A stretch of DNA of 64,000 nt. Origin: Pedosphaera sp. GTDB lineage: Bacteria > Verrucomicrobiota > Verrucomicrobiia > Limisphaerales > SIBE01. Below the pieces are notes generated by a model that did not search any database, was not told where the DNA came from, and saw only the letters and a list, made by a program, of their open reading frames with translations. Within the stretch, counting starts at the first letter, position 1; the number at the start of each line of letters is the position of its first letter. The position numbers and the translations under genes are program-made. The stretch lies in NCBI GenBank assembly GCA_009695265.1, contig SIBE01000001.1, positions 45-64,044 of the forward strand. The letters are read 5' to 3'. This document shows positions 43,750-53,267 of this stretch, in pieces.

Positions 43750-44519
43750 AGTCGAACCGGAATATTTTGATGAGCAAGAAACCGTTTCACATCGCTCACG
43801 GTGTAATCGCCAAAATGAAAAATACTTGCCGCCAGCACGGCATCCGCTTTGCCTTCCAACAAAACCTCAGCCATGTGCTCTAATTTTCCTGCGCCGCCGC
43901 TGGCCACGACAGGCACCCCGACAGCCTCGCTGACACTGCGGGTGATAACGAGATCAAAGCCGGCCTTTGTTCCGTCGGCATCGATACTATTCAGGACAAT
44001 CTCGCCAGCTCCGAGTTCAACAGCTCGCTGTGCCCACGCCACGGCCTCCAAGCCCGTCGGCTTCCGTCCGCCATGAGAAAAGACTTCCCAACGGTCGGGT
44101 CCCACTCGTTTGGCATCGATCGAGACAACGATACATTGGCTGCCGAATTTCTCCGCCCCTTCGCGGATGAGATCCGGATGAGCCAGAGCCGCCGAGTTGA
44201 TGCTCACCTTGTCGGCACCCGCTTGGAGCATGATCTGCATGTCGGCCACGGCGCGAATGCCGCCCCCGACGGTCAGCGGCATGAAGCATTGGTTCGCCAC
44301 GCGTTGGATGACATCAACCATCGTTGCGCGGCCGTGGGCGCTGGCGGTGATGTCGAAGAATACCATTTCATCCGCTCCTTGCTCATTGTAGCGAAGCGCC
44401 AATTCAACGGGGTCGCCGACGTTGCGCAATTCACCCGCTTCGGCTTTGCCAAATTGCACGCCGCGGGTCACCTGACCATCATGAACATCCAGACAAGGAA
44501 TGACACGTTTAGCGAGCAT
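43746..44519 (-). CDS. hisF: Imidazole glycerol phosphate synthase cyclase subunit
   Basis: 257 aa. [49 protein letters not shown] and ASGGAG are canonical HisF motifs. Confidence 0.95.
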   Translation of the reverse strand: MLAKRVIPCLDVHDGQVTRGVQFGKAEAGELRNVGDPVELALRYNEQGADEMVFFDITASAHGRATMVDVIQRVANQCFMPLTVGGGIRAVADMQIMLQAGADKVSINSAALAHPDLIREGAEKFGSQCIVVSIDAKRVGPDRWEVFSHGGRKPTGLEAVAWAQRAVELGAGEIVLNSIDADGTKAGFDLVITRSVSEAVGVPVVASGGAGKLEHMAEVLLEGKADAVLAASIFHFGDYTVSDVKRFLAHQNIPVRL

Positions 44520-45069
44520 GTCGTCTTAATTCAAAAAGCCAGTGAGGGGGAAAATCCGGAAGAGTGAACCAACGGCTGATCCGACTAATGACGCGAACAA
44601 GCTGCCGGGTAGGACTTCCGAAGAGTTTCAGGCTGCGCAACGTCTTTGATTATCGAGTCCATTCTCATCCGAGCCAGAGTAAGGCTCGCCTTCACTCCTG
44701 ACAAGTAAGATCAATATTTGGTCCGACTCGCGGTCCGCTGGACGGAAGATAGGCTCCTCTTGGATCGTATTTATTATGTCTTCACTGAGTGGAGGTATCG
44801 TTGAACGAATCCGGGTGAGGAGAAGTCTCGCGAGGGGGGCGACGGAAAGAGGCTTAAATTATCCGTCGTGGCCGTCGCGCTCGTCGCGAGATTCAGTCTG
44901 GGAAGGCTGAAAGTGTTGTGATCTCCACATCGGCGTATCAAATCGGACCACGAATGATGGACGAGGTATCCTTGCTGAAGCGACACGGAGTTTACTTGCC
45001 AATTTCGCGGCGCTACGGTGTATCTGAATAGGATTTGGGCTCAGTCGTCCAATCCATCGACTGCGACAC

Positions 45070-45666
45070 ATGAAAAAAATATTTGCTTTAGTGATGCTAG
45101 CGGCCACGCTTTTGTCGGCAGAGGCCCAACTGTTCTCCCGCGAATCATTAGGCGGAGCTGCATTAGGCGGTTTGGCTGGCGGAATCATTGGCCACAACAG
45201 CGGTCGCAAGACGGCTGAGGGTGTTGCTATTGGCGCGGGAGCGGGCCTTTTGCTTGGGGCCATCACACATAATGCCCGCCGAGACTATTATTATGGTGGT
45301 CCTGGGCCTGGAGTTGCCGCGCCATATTATTACTACGAGCCGGTTCGACCGAATTACGCGATCACTGGCGTTGCCTTGGGTGGACTAGCTGGAGGGATCA
45401 TTGGACACAATAATGGGCGGAGGACGGCGGAGGGCATCGCCATCGGCGTGGGGGCGGGTTTGGTGTTGGGTGGTTTGGCGGAACACGATGCCCGGCGACA
45501 GGTTCAATATATCGAGGCTGCTCCGACTTACGTGGTAACGCAGCCCCAGCCAGCTCCAACGGTTTCATTGGTGGCACCTCCAATGCCCCAGCAAGTTTCT
45601 GTCATCAACAATCATTATGGCGCGTCTAGCCGGATGAGCAGCGCCAACAGTTTATTTGGGCGATAA
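45070..45666 (+). CDS. Secreted glycine-zipper protein with internal duplication
   Basis: 198 aa. Signal peptide MKKIFALVMLAATLLSAEA. Two copies of LGGLAGGIIGHN.GR.TAEG.AIG.GAGL.LG (aa ~30-63 and ~103-136), which are glycine-zipper-type motifs. Tyr-rich and Pro/Gln-rich linkers. Confidence 0.7.
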   Translation: MKKIFALVMLAATLLSAEAQLFSRESLGGAALGGLAGGIIGHNSGRKTAEGVAIGAGAGLLLGAITHNARRDYYYGGPGPGVAAPYYYYEPVRPNYAITGVALGGLAGGIIGHNNGRRTAEGIAIGVGAGLVLGGLAEHDARRQVQYIEAAPTYVVTQPQPAPTVSLVAPPMPQQVSVINNHYGASSRMSSANSLFGR

Positions 45667-45715
45667 TCATTTTCTCCTTGTTTCTTCGGTCGAACAAGCT
45701 GTCAACTCTATCAAT

Positions 45716-46351
45716 ATGAACTTGAATCTACGGAAGTGTTTTGCACCTTTTGAGCTCGCAATCGCGGGCACTCTCCTGGTTGGTTGTGCCTCGACAGGGG
45801 TGAAAAATCCCTCGGGCGTCCCGGTTACAGAGATGAGGGCCGATGAAAGAGGCTTCGTCGCTGGCACAGGAGTCGAATCACAGGATCTCGTCGCAGTGAC
45901 CGATAAAATGGCGCGCAGTATTTTGGGGATTCCGGAAATTGCGAGTGCCCAAGGCATTCCTCGGATTGTGCTGGAACCTGTTGTGAACGAAACGCGATTT
46001 CCGATTAACAAGGACATGTTCCTCACGAAGATTCGCGGGCAGTTAAATATCAAGGCGCGGAACAAGGTGCGGTTTTTGGCCCGCGAGCAAATGGCAACTC
46101 TCGAGCGAGAGCAGGCGCTTAAGCAATCTGGCCAGGTAACGAGTTCGAGCGATCCCCATGTCGTGGAATTCAAAGGCGCGGACTTTTTCCTTACCGGCAA
46201 ATTGCAGGGCCTCACGACGCGCACGTCGGCGGGAACAAGCGATTACATCCTCTATTCATTTCAGTTAATTGACGCCCGCACCAGCGACATCGTCTGGGAA
46301 GACCAGGCGGATATTAAGAAGCAAGGTTTGGAAGATGCCACTTATCGTTAG
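45716..46351 (+). CDS. LpoB-like (COG3417-type) lipoprotein
   Basis: Start placed at the internal ATG 45716, which gives the lipobox LLVGC|AS. IPRIVLEPVVNETRFPINKDMFLTKIRGQL ... ADFFLTGKLQGL ... YILYSFQLIDARTSDIVWE matches the LpoB/CsgG-like fold pattern. Confidence 0.7.
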   Translation: MNLNLRKCFAPFELAIAGTLLVGCASTGVKNPSGVPVTEMRADERGFVAGTGVESQDLVAVTDKMARSILGIPEIASAQGIPRIVLEPVVNETRFPINKDMFLTKIRGQLNIKARNKVRFLAREQMATLEREQALKQSGQVTSSSDPHVVEFKGADFFLTGKLQGLTTRTSAGTSDYILYSFQLIDARTSDIVWEDQADIKKQGLEDATYR

Positions 46352-46362
46352 AGGTAAGAGCG

Positions 46363-47547
46363 GTGAGTAATTCCATGAAAGTTCTCTCTGTTTGCGGATT
46401 GGCCGCAGTCCTCGTTGCTTGGGCCGGATGCGCTTCCTCGAAGTCATCGTCTTCATGGACTCCGGCCGGCGACGCTCTCGTTGACGGCAGAGCAGCGATC
46501 AGTCAGGGGCCGGCCAAGGACAGGGTGGTTTGGCAATATCGAACTGCCTTGGCTGTTTTGCGCCGAGGCCAATATGCGGAAGCGAAGGCATTGCTTGACG
46601 ATGCCCTTCTGACGATCGGCGGGATCAACGCAAACGACAAGGAAGCAAAGAAATCCCGCAGTTTATTTTCCGAAGAATCCCGAAAGACATTCCGAGGAGA
46701 GCCTTACGAACGGGTCATGGCTTATTATTATCGTGGCATTCTCTACTGGATGGACGGCGAACCGGACAACGCTCGGGCGTGCTTTCGCAGCGCTCAGTTC
46801 CAAGATAGCGACACAGAAAATAAGCAGTATTCCTCGGATTATGTGCTTCTCGATTACCTGGATGGATTGGCGACAGTGAAGTTGGCCGGCGACGGTTCCG
46901 ACGCTTTGAAACGAGCCCAGGCCGTCAGCAAGTCGGGGCCTCTTCCGCCGTACAATCCGAAGGCCAACACTTTGTTCTTCCTGGAGTTTGGAACTGGCCC
47001 TACTAAGCATGCGACTGGAGATTACGCCGAGCAACTTCGCTTTCGGACCTCCCAATCCGTGGTCCGCTCCGCCTTGATCAAGATTGACGGCGTAACCATT
47101 CAAACCAGTCCCTTCGATGACTTAAGTTTCCAGGCCACCACGCGCGGCGGACGAGTCATGGATCATGTCCTTGCAAACAAAGCAGTTTTCAAAACATCCA
47201 CCGATGTCGTCGGGAACGTGGCATTGGTTAGCGGCGCGGTTTTGGCTCAAAACCGGCATACGCAGGAAGCCGGGTTGGGGCTGTTGGCCTTTGGTCTTGT
47301 CAGCAAAATTGTCTCCGCCACGACCACGCCTGCAGCCGATACGCGGTCCTGGAGCAATCTTCCGCAATATCTTAGCTTCGCGGCCCTCGAGCTTCCACCT
47401 GGACCCCATGTTGCCACGGTCGAGTTCCTCGATGTCCGAGGACAAGTGCTTCCGTCTTTAACCAAAACGGCGAACATTAATACCTCTCCGACGCGAGATA
47501 CTGTCGTCTTTGTCAGCGACCAATCACACACCACAAAAACTTTATGA
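46363..47547 (+). CDS. Large lipoprotein with TPR-like N-terminal region, function unknown (resembles the partner lipoprotein of LpoB-like/YcfL-like triads)
   Basis: 394 aa. Lipobox LVAWAGC|AS. GAGGT lies 7 nt upstream of the GTG start. Helical-repeat region (LRRGQYAEAKALLDDAL, YYYRGILYWMDGEPDNARACFRSAQ). Its stop overlaps the next gene start by 4 nt. Confidence 0.6.
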   Translation: MSNSMKVLSVCGLAAVLVAWAGCASSKSSSSWTPAGDALVDGRAAISQGPAKDRVVWQYRTALAVLRRGQYAEAKALLDDALLTIGGINANDKEAKKSRSLFSEESRKTFRGEPYERVMAYYYRGILYWMDGEPDNARACFRSAQFQDSDTENKQYSSDYVLLDYLDGLATVKLAGDGSDALKRAQAVSKSGPLPPYNPKANTLFFLEFGTGPTKHATGDYAEQLRFRTSQSVVRSALIKIDGVTIQTSPFDDLSFQATTRGGRVMDHVLANKAVFKTSTDVVGNVALVSGAVLAQNRHTQEAGLGLLAFGLVSKIVSATTTPAADTRSWSNLPQYLSFAALELPPGPHVATVEFLDVRGQVLPSLTKTANINTSPTRDTVVFVSDQSHTTKTL

Positions 47548-47960
47548 AAAGCTATTATTCGGTTTTGGCAATCCTTGCTCTCAGTGCGGCGCTCGTGACC
47601 GGCTGCCGGTCGAGTGGAGGTGCCTCGCCGCCCGTGAACACAACAAAGTTTGACCTGGAAAACCAAGCCAACTTTGTTCTTCTGGACAAAGCAACGCAGC
47701 GGTCCGTCACAAGCTCCGGCATTCAAGTGCGGCCGCTTGAAGATGGGAGACTGGAAATTGCCGCCAACATTCGCAATCGGGAAAGCCGGCGCATTCAAGT
47801 CCAGGTGAATTGTGAGTTCAAGGATGACCAAGGATTTACCGTCGATGACACTCCTTTTCAAACTCTGATCCTGAGTGAAAACGAACAGAAGACCATCCGA
47901 TTCGTTTCGATGAACAACAAAGCCAAGAAGTTCACTGTTCGGGTGCAACAGGCTCGTTGA
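47544..47960 (+). CDS. YcfL-like (DUF1425) lipoprotein
   Basis: 138 aa. Lipobox ALVTGC|RS. GRLEIAANIRNRESRRIQVQVNCEFKDDQGFTVD...QTLILSENEQKTIRFVS fits the YcfL beta-sandwich pattern. Confidence 0.65.
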   Translation: MKSYYSVLAILALSAALVTGCRSSGGASPPVNTTKFDLENQANFVLLDKATQRSVTSSGIQVRPLEDGRLEIAANIRNRESRRIQVQVNCEFKDDQGFTVDDTPFQTLILSENEQKTIRFVSMNNKAKKFTVRVQQAR

Positions 47961-48003
47961 TCGTCACCTAAATACGACCTCGGCTGATCTGTCCAATTGT
48001 AAT

Positions 48004-48960
48004 ATGAAGACTAACGCTTTTGCTTGGATCATTATGTTGGTTTCGGTCACGTTCGGACACGCGCAAAACGGTCGTCAGCCTAAGCCGGCTCCTCCCGCGC
48101 CGCCTCCGCCTCCGCCTGTTTCTGCCGCGCAGCTGGGGCCCAGCCCTTCGGAGAGATTTGTCTATGATCAAAAGCCGGTGGGCGGTCGGCCCGCTTTGGT
48201 GACGCCAGAGCAGGCTCAGACCATCATCAACCGGTTCAAAGAAGCTTACCCGAAGATGGGTAATCCACGGATATTGATCTATGTGAACCGCGAGTTGGTG
48301 GACGAACAGTCGGGACTAAAGTTATCGGCGCGCAGTCAGCAGACAGAATCGATCCGCACCGATGCCAAGAAAGAATCTCGCTCAATCGGAACAAACGTTG
48401 CGCTCTCGGGTGGTTTAGGAGTGGTTGGGAATGTGACTGTCAACGGCAGCCTTCCGGGGCAAACTGATCGAGCCACTAATAAAAACACTTATAGCATTCG
48501 TGATCCAAAGCCGGCCACCTTGGCTGACAAGCAAACGATCCGCGATGTGGAACGTTTGTTTGGACGTCCGTTGAGGCTCGGTGGCGCAAGCTTGGTCGAT
48601 CAACGTGTCGCCACGCAGTTGATCCCTGGGATGGCCTTGGACAACTTCTCTGTTCGTACGGAAGGCGAGCACGCTCGAAAGGATCGCGAGGCGCTGGCTA
48701 AGGTCGCTGACGTTGTGCTGGAGATATTGGTTTCATCGCGCAATCTCGCGGTCTCCGAGGTTTCCGGCGATAAAGTCTATGCGGTGCCGGATATTCAAGC
48801 TACGGCGATTCGCCTGAGCGATTCAAAGATCTTGGGCCAAGCGACCGCGTCTGATCTGATCGGCCATGACCGGGCTGCTGCGAGGGCGGCTCGGAGTTTC
48901 GGCGTTCGAGACATCACCGAAGCCACAGCTTTGTCGCTGATGGAAGACATGATGCAATAG
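48004..48960 (+). CDS. Secreted protein with polyproline N-terminus and LpoB/CsgG-like repeats, function unknown
   Basis: 318 aa. Signal peptide (FAWIIMLVSVTFGHAQ), PKPAPPAPPPPPPV tract, then RILIYVNRELVD... and ADVVLEILVSS...YAVPDIQATAIRLSDSKILGQA, which are reminiscent of the LpoB-type motif. It is the last gene of the lipoprotein operon. Confidence 0.55.
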   Translation: MKTNAFAWIIMLVSVTFGHAQNGRQPKPAPPAPPPPPPVSAAQLGPSPSERFVYDQKPVGGRPALVTPEQAQTIINRFKEAYPKMGNPRILIYVNRELVDEQSGLKLSARSQQTESIRTDAKKESRSIGTNVALSGGLGVVGNVTVNGSLPGQTDRATNKNTYSIRDPKPATLADKQTIRDVERLFGRPLRLGGASLVDQRVATQLIPGMALDNFSVRTEGEHARKDREALAKVADVVLEILVSSRNLAVSEVSGDKVYAVPDIQATAIRLSDSKILGQATASDLIGHDRAAARAARSFGVRDITEATALSLMEDMMQ

Positions 48961-49015
48961 AATTGAGGGGGCGAACCGCCTCGGGCGGGATTCCCCATCC
49001 CGACAAACCGGATGG

Positions 49016-49732
49016 CTACGGCTTCTTCGGCGTCGCGGGGTTGGCATTGGTGCCTTGTTGTGTAGCCTTGAACTGAGCGGCTTTCTGCTGGCCTTCCTTA
49101 ATTTGCTCCTGCGTCATGGTGGCAGTCATTTGAAAGCGATACTTGATGGCGTTGGTGTATCCTTGGGCTGCTGCGAGGTTGATCCATTTGTAGGCCTCGA
49201 CGTAGTCAATTTTAATCTCATCGCCGCTGAGATGCAGAATCCCCACGTTATATTGCGCTTCTTTGTTACCTTGTTCAGCTGCCATTTGATACCACTTCAA
49301 GCCTTCCTTGAGGTTCCTTTCCACCCCTCTGCCCGTGGCGTGCATCCAGCCCAAGAAAAGTTGGGCCGAGACGAGCCCTTGGTCCGCGGCTTTCTGGTAC
49401 CACTTGGCCGCCTCTTGCAAATTCTCAGGCACGCCGCGTCCGCTAAAATAGAGCCCGCCTAGATTGTTTTGTGCGATGGGCAAGCCTTGATCCGCCGCCA
49501 GGCGAATCCATTTGACGGCTTCCATGAAGTCGTTGGTGACACCTTGGCCTGCGGCGTACATTGCGCCGAGTTGATACTGTGCCACGGCAATTCCCTTTTC
49601 CGCATCTGCCTTGACTGTTTTCAAGCTGGGCGGCCTTTGCGCATAAACGATCAGCGCAAAACAGACGCTCAATGCGAGGAAAACCTTGGTTTGAATAAAA
49701 TAACGGAAAAAACGCTGAAACAAAGTCTTCAT
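49016..49732 (-). CDS. Secreted Sel1-repeat (TPR-like) protein
   Basis: 238 aa. At least five Sel1 units of the form A.KWY.KAA.QG...AQ..LG.MY..G.GV..N (for example EAVKWIRLAADQGLPIAQNNLGGLYFSGRGVPEN). Confidence 0.88.
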   Translation of the reverse strand: MKTLFQRFFRYFIQTKVFLALSVCFALIVYAQRPPSLKTVKADAEKGIAVAQYQLGAMYAAGQGVTNDFMEAVKWIRLAADQGLPIAQNNLGGLYFSGRGVPENLQEAAKWYQKAADQGLVSAQLFLGWMHATGRGVERNLKEGLKWYQMAAEQGNKEAQYNVGILHLSGDEIKIDYVEAYKWINLAAAQGYTNAIKYRFQMTATMTQEQIKEGQQKAAQFKATQQGTNANPATPKKP

Positions 49733-49794
49733 GGTTCAAGATTATTTTTTTGGCGGTGTTGTGACAATGATAAAGTCCGCTGCGGTTCGAAGCT

Positions 49795-50259
49795 TCAAAG
49801 CTCGCCCTTGAAGCCCTGCTGTCGCAATGCTTCGTAAAGAACCAATGCGACACAGTTGGACAGATTCAACGAGCGCGCGTTCGCGTTGAACATAGGGATT
49901 CGCACCCAGCTCCCGCGATGCTGGTTGAGCAAATGATCGGGTAATCCAGCCGTCTCTCTCCCGAAAACCAGATAATCGTCACCGGCGTAATGCACGTCGG
50001 CGTAATGTCGCGGGCCGTTTGACTCGACCATCCAGAGCCTGGCTTTGGGGTCTAGCTGGGCGGCAAAGCTGGCCCAATCTTTCCATCGAGACCATTGCAC
50101 ATGGTGCCAATAATCCATTCCCGCGCGCTTCAGTTGTTTGTCATCCAGTCTGAATCCGAGCGGTTCGATCAAGTGCAAGCGCGAGTCCGTGGCAGCACAC
50201 AAACGCGCGACATTGCCAGTGTTCGGCGGAATCTCGGGCTCAACTAAAACGATGTTCAT
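49795..50259 (-). CDS. trmL: tRNA (cytidine/uridine-2'-O-)-methyltransferase TrmL (SpoU/TrmH family)
   Basis: Start placed at the internal ATG 50259 (MNIVLVEPEIPPNTGNVARLCAAT). Later motifs: LVFGRETAGLP and IPM....RSLNLSN.VA.VLYEALRQ. Confidence 0.88.
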   Translation of the reverse strand: MNIVLVEPEIPPNTGNVARLCAATDSRLHLIEPLGFRLDDKQLKRAGMDYWHHVQWSRWKDWASFAAQLDPKARLWMVESNGPRHYADVHYAGDDYLVFGRETAGLPDHLLNQHRGSWVRIPMFNANARSLNLSNCVALVLYEALRQQGFKGEL

Positions 50260-50345
50260 GGTCTGGGGTCTGAACTCCAAAGTCCAAGAAGAATAATTGA
50301 ACGTTAGCAATCTGGCTTCTTACTTTAAACTCGGGACTTGGAACT

Positions 50346-51119
50346 CTAGCCGTCTTTCGGCTTTCGTTTGTAAAAAACTTTCCATAGGACGAGTCCGTGC
50401 GCGGGAGCAGTCATCCCGGCGTTACGGCGGTCTTTGCTGGCCAGCATGCGCTCGATATCGGTGGGGGCGAACTTCCCTTGCCCGACTTGGATCAACGTCC
50501 CGACCATGCCGCGGCACATTTTGTAAAGGAACCCATCGCCTTCGATTATAAACGTCAAGAGTTGACCGCTCCGTTTCACGTCACAGCGCGTCAATGTGCG
50601 GACCGTCGATGTCATCTTATAATTCCGTGTTCCGGCAAATGACTCGAAATCGCGCTTGCCCAAAAGACATTGCGCAGCCAGGCGCATGGCCGAGAAGTCG
50701 AGCTGCTTTGGAACCAACCAGGCTTGATGGCGGAGCAGGGGATTTAGGGCATGATGATTCCAAACGAAGTAACGGTACTGTTTTCCGGTGGCATCGAAAC
50801 GCGCGTGGAACTCCTTGCGGCAGCGCTTTGCCGCAACGATGCGGATGTCTTCTGGTAAAAAGGCATTCACCGCCAACGGCAATTTTGCCGCCGTCATCTT
50901 GAATTCGTTCCGTGGGATCTCGACATGGGCGGCCATTCCGAGAGCATGCACGCCTGTATCCGTCCGGCTCGAGCTGTGAATTCGTTTCACGCTCGGAAAC
51001 AATTTGCCCAACGCTTCTTCAATCCGTTGTTGAACTCCGATCCCCGTAGTCTGAATTTGCCAGCCGGCGTAATTCGTGCCATCGTAAGCGATGATGAGTT
51101 TGATCTTGATCGGTTCCAC
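50346..51119 (-). CDS. truA: tRNA pseudouridine(38-40) synthase
   Basis: IKLIIAYDGTNYAGWQIQ, catalytic SSRTDTGVHALGM and GDGFLYKMCRGMVG. Start placed at GTG 51119. The listed ORF start at 51239 would overlap ruvX by 92 nt and add a non-conserved N-terminus, so the start remains uncertain. Confidence 0.85.
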   Translation of the reverse strand: MEPIKIKLIIAYDGTNYAGWQIQTTGIGVQQRIEEALGKLFPSVKRIHSSSRTDTGVHALGMAAHVEIPRNEFKMTAAKLPLAVNAFLPEDIRIVAAKRCRKEFHARFDATGKQYRYFVWNHHALNPLLRHQAWLVPKQLDFSAMRLAAQCLLGKRDFESFAGTRNYKMTSTVRTLTRCDVKRSGQLLTFIIEGDGFLYKMCRGMVGTLIQVGQGKFAPTDIERMLASKDRRNAGMTAPAHGLVLWKVFYKRKPKDG

Positions 51120-51147
51120 GATTCGAACCAGGGGCGTTCGGTGCTTC

Positions 51148-51564
51148 TCAGGATTGCACAGAGTTATCCAGATAACTTTGCAGCAAAATTGCGGCTGCTG
51201 CCTTGTCCACCTTTTCTTTCCGCTGCTGACGGCGGACATCCGCCTGGATCAAAAGCCGGTTGGCCTGGGCAGAGGTGAGCCGTTCGTCCCAGGTTTTTAT
51301 TGGAGTAACGAGCGTCTCTTTCAAGACCGCCACGAACTGCTGAACCTTTTGGGCCGCCGGACCGTAACTGCCATCCATGTTCCGAGGCATGCCGACCAAG
51401 ATCAACCCGACTTGTTTCTCCTGGATGATCTGATTCAGACGATCCATAAATCCGGAGAATGGTTCTGCCGGAATAAATTCGAGTGGATGTGCGATCATTC
51501 CCAGCTCATCGCTGAGGGCAATACCCATCCGCTTGGTGCCGTGATCGATTGCCATTACGCGCAT
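51148..51564 (-). CDS. ruvX: Holliday-junction-resolvase-like / pre-16S rRNA nuclease YqgF
   Basis: 138 aa. RVMAIDHGTKRMGIALSD, ...LVGMPRNMDGS.G..A..V..F and DERLTS..A are canonical RuvX motifs. Confidence 0.92.
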   Translation of the reverse strand: MRVMAIDHGTKRMGIALSDELGMIAHPLEFIPAEPFSGFMDRLNQIIQEKQVGLILVGMPRNMDGSYGPAAQKVQQFVAVLKETLVTPIKTWDERLTSAQANRLLIQADVRRQQRKEKVDKAAAAILLQSYLDNSVQS

Positions 51565-51576
51565 TGAAGATGAAAT

Positions 51577-52872
51577 TCAGTTTGCCCGCAACGTCGCCAT
51601 GACCTTGGCTGCCGCCCTGACGGTTCTGTCGATGTCCTCGCCGGTGTGGGCTAGCGACAGAAAGCCGGCTTCAAATTGTGATGGAGCCAAATAAATGCCC
51701 TCGGCTAACATGCCGTGAAAAAACTTGGCGAATAGCGCGCGATCGCAGTGCATTGCATCCGATAAACTGTGCACTGGTTGCTTGGTGAAATAACTGCAGA
51801 ACATCGAGCCAATCCGGTTAAACTGAACAGGAACATTCGCCGCTTTGGCGGCCTCGCGCATTCCGGATTCGAGTTGCTTTCCTGATTCTTCCAATCGGGC
51901 GTAGCCATCGCGCAGAGCCAGTTCTTCCAGGGCGGCAATTCCAGCCGCCATCGCCAGAGGATTTCCGCTGAGTGTGCCAGCCTGATAAACCGGACCAAGC
52001 GGGGCCAAGCAATCCATGATTTCAGCTCGCCCGCCAAAAGCGCCCACGGGCAATCCGCCGCCGATGATTTTGCCAAAACAGCTCAAATCAGGCTTAATGC
52101 CGAACCGTTCCTGCGCTCCTCCCAAAGCGAGCCGAAAGCCGGTCATCACCTCGTCGAAAATCAACAAAGCTCCATCGTCTTTCGTCATCGCTCGCAACGA
52201 CTCCAAGTAGCCCGCCTTTGGCAAATAGACTCCTGCGTTGCCCGGAACAGGTTCGAGAATGATTCCTGCAATGTCGCCGAGGTTGGCTTTCAATGCATTT
52301 CGCACCGCCTCAAGATCATTGAACGGGAGAACGACAGTATGTTGGGTGAAGGCTGCGGGAACGCCCATGCTGTCGGGATGCCCGAACGTCAACGCGCCCG
52401 AGCCCGCTTTCACCAACAGCGAATCGCAATGGCCATGATAGCAGCCTTCAAACTTGATGATCTTGTCTCGTTTGGTGAAACCGCGCGCCAGGCGGATCGC
52501 GGACATTGTGGCTTCCGTTCCGGAATTGCACATTCTGACCTTCTCGACGCTGGGCACCGCTGAGCAAATCAATTTGGCCATCGTAACTTCGAGCGGATTG
52601 GGAATTCCGAAGCTCGTCCCTCGCTCCGCCGTTCGCTGGATCGCCTGAATGATCTTGGGGTGCGCATGCCCAAGAATTGCCGGGCCCCATGTGCCCACAT
52701 AGTCGACATACTCATTGCCATCGACATCGGTGACGCGAGCGCCTTTGGCTTGATCGACAAAAAACGGCTTGCCGCCGACCGCGCGAAACGCCCGGACAGG
52801 CGAGTTAACGCCGCCGGGAATATACTTCAAAGCTTCGGTGAACAGCTCTTCTGATCTGCTATGAGATATCAT
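51577..52872 (-). CDS. hemL: Glutamate-1-semialdehyde 2,1-aminomutase
   Basis: 431 aa. SEELF..A...[44 protein letters not shown] and [16 protein letters not shown] are canonical HemL motifs. Confidence 0.95.
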   Translation of the reverse strand: MISHSRSEELFTEALKYIPGGVNSPVRAFRAVGGKPFFVDQAKGARVTDVDGNEYVDYVGTWGPAILGHAHPKIIQAIQRTAERGTSFGIPNPLEVTMAKLICSAVPSVEKVRMCNSGTEATMSAIRLARGFTKRDKIIKFEGCYHGHCDSLLVKAGSGALTFGHPDSMGVPAAFTQHTVVLPFNDLEAVRNALKANLGDIAGIILEPVPGNAGVYLPKAGYLESLRAMTKDDGALLIFDEVMTGFRLALGGAQERFGIKPDLSCFGKIIGGGLPVGAFGGRAEIMDCLAPLGPVYQAGTLSGNPLAMAAGIAALEELALRDGYARLEESGKQLESGMREAAKAANVPVQFNRIGSMFCSYFTKQPVHSLSDAMHCDRALFAKFFHGMLAEGIYLAPSQFEAGFLSLAHTGEDIDRTVRAAAKVMATLRAN

Positions 52873-53267
52873 GGTTGATTAATTCTCCCGTTTCCGAAAG
52901 TAAGTTTCAGCCAACGTTCCATCTTCCGCGCTTTCAACTGTTCTGACGCCGATCCTATTCCGCTCGAACCTTCCTTGTCGAGCGGCTAGTTCGGAACTTC
53001 CCACAAAAGGTGGAGCTCGGAATTTCACGGGCTTTTAGCGGCCTGCGATTGAGGTAAAAATCTACTTGAGTTCTAGTTGAATACAGGCAGGCTTTGACGG
53101 TTCCTTCCTGAATTGGCATTGATGGTTGCCGACCGGTGCTGTCCGCCAGTTGAGCGAGAAACCTGTCGATGGTTTCGGATGCTTGTCAGAGGAATTGAAG
53201 ATTTCGGGTTTTGGGGTCAGAGGCCAGAGCGTCGAGACTGAATACGCGGTTTCTGTGTGTAAAGAGT

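Noticed and set aside
44520-45069. Tested by eye for RNase P RNA (GGAAAGTCCGG core), SRP RNA (GGTCCGGAAGGAAGCAGCC), tmRNA and tRNA T-arms (GGTTCGAATCC).
   Set aside because: There are only partial chance matches, such as TCCGGAAG and GGAAAGAGG. None of the conserved cores is intact, so no ncRNA call is made.
48965-48996. Hairpin GGGG-CGAA-CCGCC-TCG-GGCGG-GATT-CCCC between two convergent genes, considered as a bidirectional intrinsic terminator.
   Set aside because: The stem is short and has no U-tract on either strand. It is plausible as a terminator-like element but not well enough supported to list as a feature.
52960-52985. Perfect 8-bp hairpin CCGCTCGA-N10-TCGAGCGG upstream of hemL.
   Set aside because: It lies in a promoter-side intergenic region with no T-run and no known motif match, and a hairpin this short can arise by chance.
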